DNA from: an uncultured Geobacter sp. | Lineage (GTDB): Bacteria > Desulfobacterota > Desulfuromonadia > Geobacterales > DSM-12255 | Length of the DNA: 59,409 bases | Assembly: GCA_964432205.1 (NCBI GenBank) | Contig: CAYSMK010000032.1 | Coordinates: forward strand, 1 to 59,409 | Direction of reading: 5' to 3' | Shown: positions 8,857 through 19,695 of the stretch, piece after piece | How positions within the stretch are numbered: position 1 is the stretch's first letter | Layout of the letters: each line of letters starts with the position of its first letter | The notes under the pieces: generated by a model | What the model saw: only the letters and a program-made list of their open reading frames with translations | What the model was told of the DNA's origin: nothing | Databases searched by the model: none | Made by a program: the position numbers and the translations under genes

Positions 8857-8925
8857 TGAGCCGTTTGAGCCCTTTATGAGCCCTTTGTTTCGCTTGAGCC
8901 GTTTGAGCCCTTTATGAGCCCTTTG
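8857..8925. repeat. 31-bp perfect direct repeat x2 (7-bp spacer) overlapping the 3' end of the DUF4062 gene
   Basis: TGAGCCGTTTGAGCCCTTTATGAGCCCTTTG occurs at 8857-8887 and 8895-8925. Each copy contains three TGAGCC sub-units. On the minus strand both copies encode KGLIKGSNGS, so the C-terminal coding sequence is duplicated. Confidence 0.9.
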
Positions 8926-10364
8926 AGAGCCAGGATATAATGTGTGCCTTTCCCAGTGGTGCCGACTTTTTTGATAATCCCTCTTTTAACCAGATCGTCC
9001 AAGTCACGGGAGGCCGTAGGTTTTGATACCGCGAACCTCTCCTGGTATTCTGAGTTTGTCATCGATATTCCTGATTTAACCAGCATTACAGCCTTTGTTT
9101 GGCGTTCGCTCAGTTCAAATCCAGCCAGCACTTGCGGCGTTAGCCAATCCCTCCAGATCGTAGAGACAAACGACCCACTGCGCATCTCAAATTGGGGTTC
9201 AGGGAGACCCGCTTCTTGGCAAAGCTCTATCATGGTCTGTGTGCCAGACCCTATCCGCTCGATGTAGCGGGCAAGGTAGAGAGGTTCGGCAATGAGGGGA
9301 TTATAGGGGACAGAGGGATGATCGCCCCGAAGGCCCTCAAGCGTCAGGTTGCCCGGCAGCATCCCTGGATTCCAAATCTCCAGACGATCAGAGAAAAGAC
9401 GGACTTCCACGGAAGCGTTACTGTGGTAGTCTCTATGGGCGATTGCGTTGACAATGGCTTCGCCTACGGCGTCCGGAGGAAGTTCGTAGGTGGCAGGCGC
9501 TACGTTGCTTTCGGACCGAACACCGATTGAGCGATTGATTTTGCTCAGAACAAAGTCCCTTGCCTGGTCTGCCTGCTGGAATAGATCTCCGTCGTAAACC
9601 TGCATTGACGCAAATGGCCGGCGGAAGACAGTACCGTGGCAGTGGACGCACTTCGTTACCGCGGTCTGGTGAAATTTTTGAGGGTTCGTCCCGAACAGTA
9701 ACAACGCCGCATTGGTAGGTCTGCCATCGTCAAGAAGGTGAAGATGAGTGAGCAATGCCGTCGTACTGGTGTTTGGCTTGAGGGGAAAGTTCCGCTCGCG
9801 TCGAGCCACGTCGAGGAACCACTCTACTCGTTTGCGTGAGATATCCTTTTGTGACGACTGACCACTGGTCGATGTGTCAAAAGGCGGTACCTGCAACGCT
9901 CCCAATCTGTCCAGATGTTCGACTAGACTGGCATATACCTCGGACATCAAAGCACTGATGCCCTCAACCCTACGCCGAGTCAGCTCACCGCCGATTTTAC
10001 TGACAAGCTGTTGCATCTTCGGGTTCCGGTGCTTGTCATCGGAACCCCAGACATAGACGAGTCTAGTTTTCCCATGGCGTCCGGCATGATCGTATTCGCG
10101 CTCGGTCGGACAAATGCCTTCGGCATCTTCAAACCCGTAATCATATCCGAAAATGCCAAGGTAGACATCGCACCGCTCAACTTCTTCAAGATAAACTTCA
10201 TCGGCACGTCGGCTGTTTGCCGGCATCTCTTCAAAGAGGAATACTTCGGAAATAAACCGGCGCAACACCGCATCCCCAAGCAGAAATGCTTTAAGATCCC
10301 GCCGAGCTTGCGAGAATTCCTTCTGGACACTGCTGATGAATACTTTCAGTCTGATAGGTGGCAT
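8874..10364 (-). CDS. DUF4062-like N-terminal domain + Schlafen-like AlbA_2 domain + HATPase_c_4 (RecG C-terminal-like)/wHTH protein
   Basis: N-terminus KVFISSVQKEF...CDVYLGIFGYDYG matches the DUF4062 pattern. The middle (VEWFLDVARRERNFPLKP...ALLLFG) looks AlbA_2/Schlafen-box-like. Next is APATYELPPDAVGEAIVNAIAHRDY...GSGTQTMIELCQEAGLPEPQF, typical of HATPase_c_4 'RecG-like' regulators. The C-terminus is a wHTH. Lower GC than neighbours. Confidence 0.7.
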   Translation of the reverse strand: MPPIRLKVFISSVQKEFSQARRDLKAFLLGDAVLRRFISEVFLFEEMPANSRRADEVYLEEVERCDVYLGIFGYDYGFEDAEGICPTEREYDHAGRHGKTRLVYVWGSDDKHRNPKMQQLVSKIGGELTRRRVEGISALMSEVYASLVEHLDRLGALQVPPFDTSTSGQSSQKDISRKRVEWFLDVARRERNFPLKPNTSTTALLTHLHLLDDGRPTNAALLLFGTNPQKFHQTAVTKCVHCHGTVFRRPFASMQVYDGDLFQQADQARDFVLSKINRSIGVRSESNVAPATYELPPDAVGEAIVNAIAHRDYHSNASVEVRLFSDRLEIWNPGMLPGNLTLEGLRGDHPSVPYNPLIAEPLYLARYIERIGSGTQTMIELCQEAGLPEPQFEMRSGSFVSTIWRDWLTPQVLAGFELSERQTKAVMLVKSGISMTNSEYQERFAVSKPTASRDLDDLVKRGIIKKVGTTGKGTHYILALKGLIKGSNGSSETKGS

Positions 10365-10786
10365 GAAATCCTGCTTTCAATCACGAAATATGGTTTTACA
10401 ATACCATGCAGCACCCGGCGCGCCAATTCAGTATTTCAATGGCCCAATTTCCGGGGGGAAGGTCAGAGCACCAACCTGACAACAAAGAAGAAACGGCGGC
10501 GAAAGCCGGCCAAAGAATACGGCTCCTACCTGATCGAAATTTTCAGCGCAAAGGTTCGCTACTCCATTACCGAGACCGGAGCAAATAGCTCAGCCCCGGA
10601 CCATATTCGGAATACCCTGCAATCGAATAGATCGGGAGGATCAAACTCTTTGACCGTTGGGATCTTTGGTTTCCGCTGCAAAATGAACCACGGCAGCAAG
10701 GGAACTCAGTATTCATCGATAACAATTTCGACGCCTACCCCGATCAATGGGCGTATCTGGCGGCAGTCAAGCGACTCACGCCCCAG

Positions 10787-12325
10787 TTGGTAAGAGCAGT
10801 AGCCGATAAGGCTGCTCGCCAGGGTCAGGTCATCGGACTGCTCATGCCATCCGAAGACGATGAAGATCAGGCCCCATGGGAGCGAACCCCTTCGGGGAAA
10901 ACGACGGCGCGGGTCAAAGGGAAACTGCCAAAGCAGGTAAAGGCTGTCGTAGCCCAACACATCTTTGTTCCCAAGAAAGGGCTGCCTTCGGCATTTCTTA
11001 TCCGGATCAAACGGCTGGCCGCTTTTCAGAACCCGGAGTTCTACAAGAAGCAGAAGATGCGACTATCCACCAACCTAACCCCACGGGTCATCACTTGCTT
11101 CGAGGAACTGCCGGAATACATTGCCATCCCCCGCGGATGCCTTGATGCCTTGGCGGCTCTGTTCGACGAGCACAATATTCAGCTTTCTCTTGAGGATAAG
11201 CGTCAGGAGGGAGTTCCTGTAGCCTTCAGCTTCCATGGGACCCTCAAAGACAACCAGCAGCAAGCGGTCGACGCACTGCTGGACCATGATATCGGCATCT
11301 TTGTGGCTCCTCCCGGTCATGGCAAGACGGTCGTGGGTTCTTACCTAACTGCTGCGCGAAAGTGCTCCACACTTGTTCTTGTGCACCGCAAGCCTCTTTT
11401 GGACCAATGGGTTGCCCAACTGAGCAGCTTCCTCAACGTGCCAAGAAAAGCTATCGGCACAATTGGCTCAAGTAGAAACAAGCCGAATGGCGTCCTTGAT
11501 GTCGCCATGATTCAGAGCCTGGTCCGAAAGAACGAGGTGAGCGACCTGGTAGCAGGATACGGGCAGATTATCGTGGACGAGTGCCATCATCTTCCTTCGG
11601 TATCGTTTGAGCGGGTTCTGGCTGAGGTGAAAGCCCGATATGTCGTTGGTCTCACCGCCACTCCTTACCGGCGTGATGGGCACCAGGCCATCATTCATTT
11701 CCAGTGTGGTCCGACCCGTTTTAGCCTAAACCGCAGACAACAGATTGAGACAGAGGACTTCACCCGTCGGCTGATCCTTCGAGAAACCGGCTTTGGTCTT
11801 TCTGGCGAGGCAGAACTGAGCATTCAGGAACTCTATGCCCGGCTGGCGGCAAACCGCGAACGTAATTTGCTGCTCCTCGAAGACGTAAGACAAGCACTCA
11901 AACAAAAGCGATCACCCATCCTGCTCACCGAAAGGAAAGACCATCTGGAGTTCTTTGCTGAAAACCTTCGGGACGAGGTACGTCATCTGATAGTCTTACA
12001 AGGGGGGATGGGGATCAAACAACGGCGGGCGGTCATGGCAAAGCTCGAGGCAATTCCCGATGGAGAGGAACGGTTGATTGTTGCCACAGGACGGTACATC
12101 GGCGAAGGCTTTGATGACGCCAGGCTGGACACGCTCTTTCTGACCTTGCCTTTTTCGTGGAAGGGGATGCTTGTGCAGTATGCTGGCCGACTGCACCGAA
12201 CGCACTCCGAGAAAAATGAGGTACAGATCTACGATTATGTGGACAGCGCGGTCCCGATGTTGGCCAAGATGCACGCCAAGCGAATGCGCGGCTTCAGGGC
12301 AATGGGGTATGAGCAGATTCCTTAA
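10787..12325 (+). CDS. SF2 DExH-box helicase (ResIII-like ATPase core + helicase C domain)
   Basis: Motif I VAPPGHGKTV, motif II IIVDECHHLPS, motif III GLTATPYR, motif VI QYAGRLHRT. 512 aa with no other recognisable domain. Divergent from the DUF4062 gene with about 420 bp of shared intergenic DNA. Confidence 0.85.
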   Translation: MVRAVADKAARQGQVIGLLMPSEDDEDQAPWERTPSGKTTARVKGKLPKQVKAVVAQHIFVPKKGLPSAFLIRIKRLAAFQNPEFYKKQKMRLSTNLTPRVITCFEELPEYIAIPRGCLDALAALFDEHNIQLSLEDKRQEGVPVAFSFHGTLKDNQQQAVDALLDHDIGIFVAPPGHGKTVVGSYLTAARKCSTLVLVHRKPLLDQWVAQLSSFLNVPRKAIGTIGSSRNKPNGVLDVAMIQSLVRKNEVSDLVAGYGQIIVDECHHLPSVSFERVLAEVKARYVVGLTATPYRRDGHQAIIHFQCGPTRFSLNRRQQIETEDFTRRLILRETGFGLSGEAELSIQELYARLAANRERNLLLLEDVRQALKQKRSPILLTERKDHLEFFAENLRDEVRHLIVLQGGMGIKQRRAVMAKLEAIPDGEERLIVATGRYIGEGFDDARLDTLFLTLPFSWKGMLVQYAGRLHRTHSEKNEVQIYDYVDSAVPMLAKMHAKRMRGFRAMGYEQIP

Positions 12326-12347
12326 GCAAAAAAGCCCGTTGCGGCCA

Positions 12348-12535
12348 GTATACAACTTTATTTTTCAGCCCATCCGTGGCATGCTGAAAAGCGGTATACA
12401 ACTTTATTTTTCCGCTCTCGAAGACTGAGCAACGTAAGCTCTTGAAATTTCGTGGTCGCCAGTATACGACTTTATTTTACGGGGACATGATTTTGTCCGG
12501 TGAAAATAAAGCCGGAAACTGAAAAATAAAGTTGG
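12348..12535. repeat. iteron-like array: three direct 19-bp repeats and two inverted partial copies
   Basis: GTATACAACTTTATTTTTC at 12348-12366 and 12394-12412. GTATACGACTTTATTTTAC at 12462-12480. Reverse-orientation copies GAAAATAAAGCCGG (12502-12515) and GAAAAATAAAGTTGG (12521-12535). AT-rich non-coding DNA directly after the helicase stop. Confidence 0.85.
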
Positions 12536-12682
12536 AAACTCCGGACAGGCGGGCGGTGCTCACAGATCCACTTATGAAGCGTTGGTTGAACGCGAGACGC
12601 GGTTCACCCTGTCTAAATGCATCATTACCGCAAATTAGCGGACCTCGTCGAGGGAAACACTGATTGATGCGAGGAGTATACC

Positions 12683-13156
12683 TTATTCAACGGGCTTATT
12701 AGCTTTAGAATTAAGGCGATCTTTGCGATTTTGTTTAGCTCTTATTTGCTTATTGGCTTTAATCTCTTTACTTACCAAGTCATAGTACTTTTGTTGCTCA
12801 GGAGTCAAACATCTATCAATCCTGTTTTTTGTATCATTTCGTAGGTCTTCAACCATTTTCTGAATCTTCTTTGGGCTAAGATCTTCGTTATTTCTAATCT
12901 CATTAAACTTGGCATACTCGTTCTCAAGGAGTGGCTTAATCTGTTTCTGTTGCTCTTCTGTCAGTTTGAGCCCCTTGGTCAACCGACTCAGTTGCACCTC
13001 CGGCTGTGGCATCATTCTTTCGTTCATGCTATTGATTCTGACAGTTTCTGAAAGTCTCTTTTCTTTTTCCAACTGATCATCACTCTGGGCAGTGGCAACT
13101 GAGGTCATGCTCGTTGAAATTGCCATTGCCAACAGTACCAACAGAACCCTTTTCAT
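12683..13156 (-). CDS. periplasmic LTXXQ-motif protein (Spy/CpxP-like)
   Basis: Signal peptide MKRVLLVLLAMAISTSMTSVATA. Two LTXXQ-type motifs (LTEEQQKQI, LTPEQQKYY). Helical and lysine-rich. Low GC. Confidence 0.55.
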   Translation of the reverse strand: MKRVLLVLLAMAISTSMTSVATAQSDDQLEKEKRLSETVRINSMNERMMPQPEVQLSRLTKGLKLTEEQQKQIKPLLENEYAKFNEIRNNEDLSPKKIQKMVEDLRNDTKNRIDRCLTPEQQKYYDLVSKEIKANKQIRAKQNRKDRLNSKANKPVE

Positions 13157-13532
13157 GATGTACCTCCTCGAGTCAGTAGTGCTCAAGCGGTATTTATATC
13201 ACCAACTCCCCATTCTTCAACTGAAGAGCCGCGGCAAGTGTTGAGGCCTGCCGTTGAAAAGCGCAAGAAGCTCCTGGCCGATTTGAAGGCAAAAAAGAAG
13301 CGGATCGCAACCCTGAGCAGTGGAGCACTCAATTGAGTACATTACAAACCCACCAAAATCGATAGCTGTGCCACCTCGCTATGCCACAACACCATTGATC
13401 CAACATAACATATCGATTTAACATCAGTTACCGAGACACAAAAATCACTCCAACATATGGCGCGTTCCATGCAAGCCTAACTCAACCTTCCGAGACGGGA
13501 AGATCAACCAAGCGATCAACAACTCACAAAGG

Positions 13533-16500
13533 TTGCACATGAAAACTATTGGCTTACCCCCCAAACAAGGTCTGTATGATCCCCGGTTCGAGCACGACGC
13601 CTGCGGCGTCGGCTTTGTGGCCAACATCAAGGGAAAGAAGTCCCATGAGATCGTACAGCAGGCAATAACCGTACTGGCCAACCTCGATCACCGCGGCGCT
13701 GTCGGCAGTGAACCGAACACCGGCGACGGGGCCGGCATCCTTATCCAGATGCCCGATGCCTTTCTGCGCACGGTCTGTCCACCGCTGGGCATCGAACTCC
13801 CCGACCCGGGATTTTACGGCGTTGCCATGCTCTTCACCTCGCCTGAGTCGACGCAGCGAAGCAGTGCCCGCCATATCTTCCAGCGGATCATAACCGAGGA
13901 GGGACTGGAGGTCATCGGCTGGCGCGAGGTACCGACGGACAACTCCTCTCTCGGGGATACCGCCAAGGCCGGGGAGCCGAAGGTCCGGCAAATTTTCTTC
14001 AGAAGAGACGTGACCTATGCCGACGAGGAGGCGTTCAACCGCAAGCTCTACGTCGTCAACCAGCGTGCCATCCATGAAATCCGCGATACGGGTGTCGATC
14101 CCTACTGGTACGTTTCCAGCTTTTCGACCCGCACCCTGATCTATAAAGGGATGCTGATGCCGACGCAGCTGGACCAGTTCTACCCGGACCTGCGCGACCC
14201 GGCAATGGAGACCGCCCTCGCGATCGTACATTCCCGCTTCTCCACCAACACGTTTCCGAGCTGGGACCGGGCGCACCCGTATCACCTGCTGGCCCATAAC
14301 GGCGAGATCAATACCCTGCGCGGCAACGTGAACTGGATGCATGCCCGCCAGTCGCTCTTTGTCAGCGAACTGTTCGGCGATGACATCAAGAAGGCGCTGC
14401 CGGTCATCAATACCAACGGCTCCGACTCGGCCATGTTCGACAACTGCCTGGAGTTGCTGACGATGTCCGGGTACTCCCTCCCCCACGCGGTCATGATGAT
14501 GGTGCCTGAGCCATGGGAAAGCCATGAGGGGATGAGCAGGGAAAAGCGGGCCTTTTACGAGTACCACTCCTGCCTGATGGAGCCGTGGGACGGCCCGGCG
14601 GCACTGGCCTTCACCGATGGCCGCAGCATCGGCGCCGTCCTGGACAGAAACGGCCTGCGTCCGTGCCGTTACTACCTTACCGACGACGACCTGGTCATCA
14701 TGGCGTCCGAGGCGGGCGTTCTGCAGATACCGGCCGAAAAGGTGCTCCGGAAAGGGCGCCTGCAGCCGGGAAAAATGTTCCTGGTGGATACTGAACAGGG
14801 GCGGATCATCCCCGATGAAGAGATCAAGAAGGAACTGGCCTCGGCCCGACCGTACGGCGACTGGGTGAGGGTGAACCATCTGCTGTTGGAGGACCTGCCC
14901 GATGCGCCCCGGGGGCAGGAGTCCGACCACGTCACCCTGCTGCAGCGGCAGCAGGCCTTCGGCTATACCTATGAGGACCAGCGGGTCATTTTGGGCCCCA
15001 TGGCCAACGATGGAATACAGCCGCTGGGATCAATGGGGACCGATACACCGCTGGCGGTGCTGTCCGAAAAGCCCCAGCTTCTCTACAGCTATTTCAAGCA
15101 GCTCTTTGCCCAGGTGACCAATCCCCCGATCGACCCGATACGCGAGGAGATAATTACCTCGACCACGGTCAGGATCGGTTCGGAGTCCAACCTGCTGAAG
15201 CCGTCAGCCACCAGCGCCCGCGTCATCAGGCTGGAACATCCGATCCTTACCAATGAGCAGTTTGGAAAACTGCGGCACCTCAATCAGCCCGGGTTCAAGA
15301 CCACCACCCTGACCCTGCTCTTCAAGGCTGCCGACGGTGCCGAAGGGATGGAGAAAGCCCTTGAGAGCCTGTTCAGTACCGCGATCAGGTTCATTGAGTC
15401 CGGCACGACCGTCCTGATCCTTTCCGACCGGGGGATAAACGGGGAGTATGCCGCAATTCCCGCCCTGCTTGCGGTTGCCGGCCTGCATCACCACCTGATC
15501 AGAACTGCTACCCGCACCCGCGTCTCCCTGGTGCTGGAGTCGGGGGAGCCCCGCGAAGTGCATCACTTTGCCGTGCTGCTGGGATACGGCATCACTGCCA
15601 TCAATCCGTATCTGGCCTTCGAGTCGATTGACGACATGATCAGGCAGGGGATGCTCCCCGGCATCGATTATCCGAAGGGGGTAAAGAACTTCGTCAAGGC
15701 ATCCATCAAGGGGATCGTCAAGACCATGGCCAAGATGGGTATCTCCACCGTGCAGAGCTACCGAGGTGCTCAGATCTGCGAAGCGGTCGGGCTCCACCAG
15801 TCGGTAATCGACAGGTACTTTACCTGGACACCGTCCCGGATCGGGGGGATCGACCTGAACGGCATTGCCGAGGAGCAGTTGACCCGGCACCGCAAGGCCT
15901 ACCCGCAGCGGATAGCTGCCGAGCCGACCCTGGACCCGGGGGGTCAGTACCAGTGGCGCAAGGAGGGGGAGGAACACCTCTTCAATCCGCTGACCATCCA
16001 GTCGCTGCAGAAGGCAACCCGTACCAATGACTATAACGAGTTCAAGCTGTTCTCTTCGCTGATCGACGATCAGAATGAACGGCTGTACACCCTGCGCGGC
16101 CTGCTTGATTTCAATACCGAAACGTGCGTGCCGGTGCCGATCGAAGAGGTTGAACCGGTTGAAGAGATCATGAAGCGTTTCAAAACCGGTGCCATGTCCT
16201 ACGGCTCCATCAGCCAGGAGGCCCACGAAGCGCTGGCCATCGCCATGAACCGGATCGGCGGCCGCTCCAACACCGGCGAGGGGGGAGAGGACCCGGCCCG
16301 TTTCACCTGGACCAACGAGCATGGCGATTCCAAGAACAGCGCCATCAAGCAGGTCGCCTCCGGTCGTTTCGGCGTTACCAGCAACTACCTCACCAATGCC
16401 ACGGAACTGCAGATCAAGATGGCCCAGGGGGCCAAGCCGGGCGAAGGTGGCGAACTGCCCGGGCACAAGGTCTATCCATGGATTGCCAAGACCCGCCACA

Positions 16501-18119
16501 CCACCCCCGGCGTCGGCCTGGTATCGCCACCGCCGCACCATGACATCTACTCCATCGAAGACCTGGCGGAACTGATCCACGACCTGAAAAATGCCAATCG
16601 CCGTGCCCGGATCAGCGTCAAGCTGGTTTCCGAGGTCGGGGTCGGCACCATTGCCGCCGGGGTTGCCAAGGCCCATGCCGACGTGGTGCTGATCAGCGGC
16701 TATGACGGCGGCACCGGGGCATCGCCACTCTCCAGCATCAAGCATGCAGGCCTCCCGTGGGAGCTTGGCCTGGCTGAAACCCACCAGACCCTCGTTCTCA
16801 ACGACCTGCGCAGCCGGATCATCATCGAGGTTGACGGCCAGCTCAAGACCGGCCGGGATGTAGCCATCGCCGCCCTGCTTGGCGCGGAGGAGTTCGGTTT
16901 CGCCACCGCGCCGCTGGTAACCCTGGGCTGCGTCATGATGCGGGTCTGTCACAGCAACACCTGCCCCACCGGCGTCGCTACGCAGGACCCGGCACTGCGG
17001 GCAAAGTTTGCCGGCAAGCCGGAATACGTGGTCAACTTCATGCGCTTCGTGGCCCGGGAGGTCAGGGAGATCATGGCGGAACTCGGCTTCCGCACCTTCA
17101 ATGACATGGTCGGACGCGCCAACCGGCTGGAGCCGAAGAAGGCCGTTGCCCACTGGAAAGCCCGGGGGCTTGATTTCAGTAACATCCTCTATCAACCGGA
17201 CATGGGGATCAAGGGGAGCCGCTACTGCATCGAAACCCAGGACCATGGCCTGGGGAAATCGATCGACATGACCAGGCTGCTGGAACTATGCAAACCTGCC
17301 ATCGAAAACGGGGAAAAGGTCTCGGCCGAGCTCCCCATAACCAATATCGACCGGGTTGTCGGCACCATTGTCGGCAATGAAATCACCCGCTCCCATGGCC
17401 CGGACGGCCTCCCCGACGACACCGTCAGGCTCCGTTTCAACGGCTCGGCCGGACAGAGTTTCGGTGCCTTCATCCCGAAAGGGATGACTTTGGAGCTTTC
17501 AGGTGACGCCAATGATTACCTGGGGAAAGGTTTGAGCGGAGGCACCATCATCCTCCATCCTCCTGCCGCGTCGAAATTCAAGGCAGAAGAGAATATCATT
17601 GCCGGCAACGTTGCCTTCTATGGTGCAACCAGCGGCACCGCCTATATCAACGGCATTGCCGGAGAACGCTTCTGTGTCCGCAACTCCGGTGTCAATGCGG
17701 TCGTGGAAGGTGTCGGCGACCATGGGTGCGAATATATGACCGGCGGCACCGTGGTTGTTCTGGGCGCGACCGGTCGCAACTTTGCCGCCGGCATGAGTGG
17801 CGGAACCGCCTACGTGCTTGACCTGTTCGAGGAGTTCAAAGACTCCTGCAACCCCGAGATGGTCGCTCTGGAGACCTTGGCTGACAGCGACCTGGAAACA
17901 CTCAAGGCGATGATCGAGAACCATGTCGAACGTACCGGCAGCGCCAGGGGGACGATCATCCTGGTCAACTGGCGAACCTATGCGCGCAAATTCGTCAAGG
18001 TCATGCCGATGGATTACAAACGGGTGCTGCTGGCGCTGGAAAAGGCCACGGCATCGGGTCTCAGCGGTGATGAAGCGATGGCGGCCGCTTTCGAGGAGAA
18101 TGCACAAAGCGGCCATTGA
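13533..18119 (+). CDS. gltB: glutamate synthase large subunit
   Basis: N-terminal amidotransferase Cys ([10 protein letters not shown]). FMN, glutamate synthase central and C-terminal GXGXG domains throughout. 1528 aa. Confidence 0.97.
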   Translation: MHMKTIGLPPKQGLYDPRFEHDACGVGFVANIKGKKSHEIVQQAITVLANLDHRGAVGSEPNTGDGAGILIQMPDAFLRTVCPPLGIELPDPGFYGVAMLFTSPESTQRSSARHIFQRIITEEGLEVIGWREVPTDNSSLGDTAKAGEPKVRQIFFRRDVTYADEEAFNRKLYVVNQRAIHEIRDTGVDPYWYVSSFSTRTLIYKGMLMPTQLDQFYPDLRDPAMETALAIVHSRFSTNTFPSWDRAHPYHLLAHNGEINTLRGNVNWMHARQSLFVSELFGDDIKKALPVINTNGSDSAMFDNCLELLTMSGYSLPHAVMMMVPEPWESHEGMSREKRAFYEYHSCLMEPWDGPAALAFTDGRSIGAVLDRNGLRPCRYYLTDDDLVIMASEAGVLQIPAEKVLRKGRLQPGKMFLVDTEQGRIIPDEEIKKELASARPYGDWVRVNHLLLEDLPDAPRGQESDHVTLLQRQQAFGYTYEDQRVILGPMANDGIQPLGSMGTDTPLAVLSEKPQLLYSYFKQLFAQVTNPPIDPIREEIITSTTVRIGSESNLLKPSATSARVIRLEHPILTNEQFGKLRHLNQPGFKTTTLTLLFKAADGAEGMEKALESLFSTAIRFIESGTTVLILSDRGINGEYAAIPALLAVAGLHHHLIRTATRTRVSLVLESGEPREVHHFAVLLGYGITAINPYLAFESIDDMIRQGMLPGIDYPKGVKNFVKASIKGIVKTMAKMGISTVQSYRGAQICEAVGLHQSVIDRYFTWTPSRIGGIDLNGIAEEQLTRHRKAYPQRIAAEPTLDPGGQYQWRKEGEEHLFNPLTIQSLQKATRTNDYNEFKLFSSLIDDQNERLYTLRGLLDFNTETCVPVPIEEVEPVEEIMKRFKTGAMSYGSISQEAHEALAIAMNRIGGRSNTGEGGEDPARFTWTNEHGDSKNSAIKQVASGRFGVTSNYLTNATELQIKMAQGAKPGEGGELPGHKVYPWIAKTRHTTPGVGLVSPPPHHDIYSIEDLAELIHDLKNANRRARISVKLVSEVGVGTIAAGVAKAHADVVLISGYDGGTGASPLSSIKHAGLPWELGLAETHQTLVLNDLRSRIIIEVDGQLKTGRDVAIAALLGAEEFGFATAPLVTLGCVMMRVCHSNTCPTGVATQDPALRAKFAGKPEYVVNFMRFVAREVREIMAELGFRTFNDMVGRANRLEPKKAVAHWKARGLDFSNILYQPDMGIKGSRYCIETQDHGLGKSIDMTRLLELCKPAIENGEKVSAELPITNIDRVVGTIVGNEITRSHGPDGLPDDTVRLRFNGSAGQSFGAFIPKGMTLELSGDANDYLGKGLSGGTIILHPPAASKFKAEENIIAGNVAFYGATSGTAYINGIAGERFCVRNSGVNAVVEGVGDHGCEYMTGGTVVVLGATGRNFAAGMSGGTAYVLDLFEEFKDSCNPEMVALETLADSDLETLKAMIENHVERTGSARGTIILVNWRTYARKFVKVMPMDYKRVLLALEKATASGLSGDEAMAAAFEENAQSGH

Positions 18120-18213
18120 CGGATGTGGCACGGGAACTCACTGCACGCGGCCGTGCAGAATTAACCGAAAACAAAGGGCGTATGCCGCCCTACAGTGTGA
18201 CAGGAAAACGACT

Positions 18214-19695
18214 ATGGGAAAACCAACCGGATTCATGGAATATGACCGCGAACTCCCTGCAGACCGGGAGCCGCTGGAGCGGATCAACGACTGGAATGAG
18301 TTCCATCTGCATATGCCGGAGGAAAAGCTCCGCACCCAGGGTGCACGCTGCATGGCCTGCGGCGTACCGTTCTGCCACACCGGCATACTGGTGAGCGGCA
18401 TGGCCTGCGGCTGCCCGATAAACAACCTGATCCCGGAATGGAACGACCTGATCTACCGGGGACTCTGGCGTCAGGCCCTGGATCGCCTGCACCGGACCAA
18501 CAACTTCCCGGAGTTCACCGGCAGGGTCTGTCCCGCGCCGTGCGAAGGGTCATGCACCCTTGGCATCAACGAACCGCCGGTAACCATCAAGAATATCGAG
18601 GTCAGCATTGTCGAGCGCGGCTGGCAGGAGGGATGGATAACGCCTGCTCCGCCAAAGATCCGCACCGGCAAGAGCGTGGCGGTTGTCGGATCCGGGCCCG
18701 CCGGACTGTCCGCTGCGGCACAGCTCAACAGGGCCGGGCACCGCGTAACGGTCTTCGAACGAGCCGACCTTCCCGGCGGACTCCTGATGTACGGCATCCC
18801 GAACATGAAGCTGGACAAGCGGGAAGTGTTGCTCCGCCGCATCAAGCTGATGGAGGAGGAAAAGATCGGCTTTGTCTGCAACACGAACATCGGGACTGCC
18901 GATTATCCCGTGGAAAAGCTCCGGAGTGAATTCGACGCCGTGGTCCTTGCAACCGGCGCCACCCTCCCCCGTGATCTGCCGATCGAAGGGCGGTCACTGA
19001 AGGGAGTCCACTTCGCCATGGATTTCCTCACGGCCAACACTAGGGCGATTATGGGTGAAGGCGTTGACTGCATCTCCGCCAGGGACAGGGATGTGGTGAT
19101 CATCGGCGGTGGCGATACCGGCACTGACTGCGTCGGCACCTCGCTGCGCCATGGCTGCAGAACAGCAGTGCAGCTGGAAATCATGCCGCAGTCACCTGAT
19201 ACCCGCGCGGATGACAACCCCTGGCCGGAATGGCCAAAGACCCACAAGACCGATTACGGCCAGGAAGAAGCCGCGGCAAAGTCCGGTGCCGATCCACGCG
19301 TGTTTCTGACCACGGCGACAAGGTTTGCGGGCGATGCCGATGGCAACGTCACCGCTGTTCATACGGTACAGGTTGCCTGGGGCAGGAACGACAAGGGGCA
19401 GTTTGTACCCACGCCGGTACCGGGGACCGAGCAGATTCGGCCGGCAAATCTGGTCCTTTTGGCCATGGGTTTTCTGGGGCCCGAGCAGGAACTTCCCGCA
19501 GCTCTCGGACTTGAGCGTGACCCGCGCAGCAACATCAAGGCTGACGAGGGAAAGTACGCCACCAGCGTTGACGGAGTCTTCGCGGCCGGAGACTGCCGTA
19601 GGGGCCAGAGCCTTGTGGTATGGGCACTCAACGAGGGGCGCGGCGCAGCACGGGAGTGCGACCGTTACCTGATGGGGACAAGCGAGCTCCCTTGA
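18214..19695 (+). CDS. gltD: glutamate synthase small subunit (NADPH-dependent)
   Basis: [13 protein letters not shown] start. Fe-S cysteines. FAD/NAD Rossmann motifs [11 protein letters not shown] and [13 protein letters not shown]. Start placed at the ATG at 18214 inside the longer 17923 ORF. Confidence 0.95.
   Translation: MGKPTGFMEYDRELPADREPLERINDWNEFHLHMPEEKLRTQGARCMACGVPFCHTGILVSGMACGCPINNLIPEWNDLIYRGLWRQALDRLHRTNNFPEFTGRVCPAPCEGSCTLGINEPPVTIKNIEVSIVERGWQEGWITPAPPKIRTGKSVAVVGSGPAGLSAAAQLNRAGHRVTVFERADLPGGLLMYGIPNMKLDKREVLLRRIKLMEEEKIGFVCNTNIGTADYPVEKLRSEFDAVVLATGATLPRDLPIEGRSLKGVHFAMDFLTANTRAIMGEGVDCISARDRDVVIIGGGDTGTDCVGTSLRHGCRTAVQLEIMPQSPDTRADDNPWPEWPKTHKTDYGQEEAAAKSGADPRVFLTTATRFAGDADGNVTAVHTVQVAWGRNDKGQFVPTPVPGTEQIRPANLVLLAMGFLGPEQELPAALGLERDPRSNIKADEGKYATSVDGVFAAGDCRRGQSLVVWALNEGRGAARECDRYLMGTSELP

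Noticed and set aside
10011-10793. 260-aa plus-strand ORF between the DUF4062 gene and the helicase, considered as a possible N-terminal extension of the helicase
   Set aside because: Its first 350 nt are antisense to the DUF4062 CDS. The remainder is low-complexity (poly-K/R, S/T-rich) and in a different frame from the helicase. It has no RBS or helicase-like N-terminal domain. Treated as intergenic.
13554-17246. Large minus-strand ORFs (458 aa and 680 aa) inside gltB
   Set aside because: They run antisense to a confidently identified, highly conserved gltB. They have Arg/Gly/Pro-rich low-complexity translations typical of antisense frames in high-GC DNA, and no recognisable motifs.
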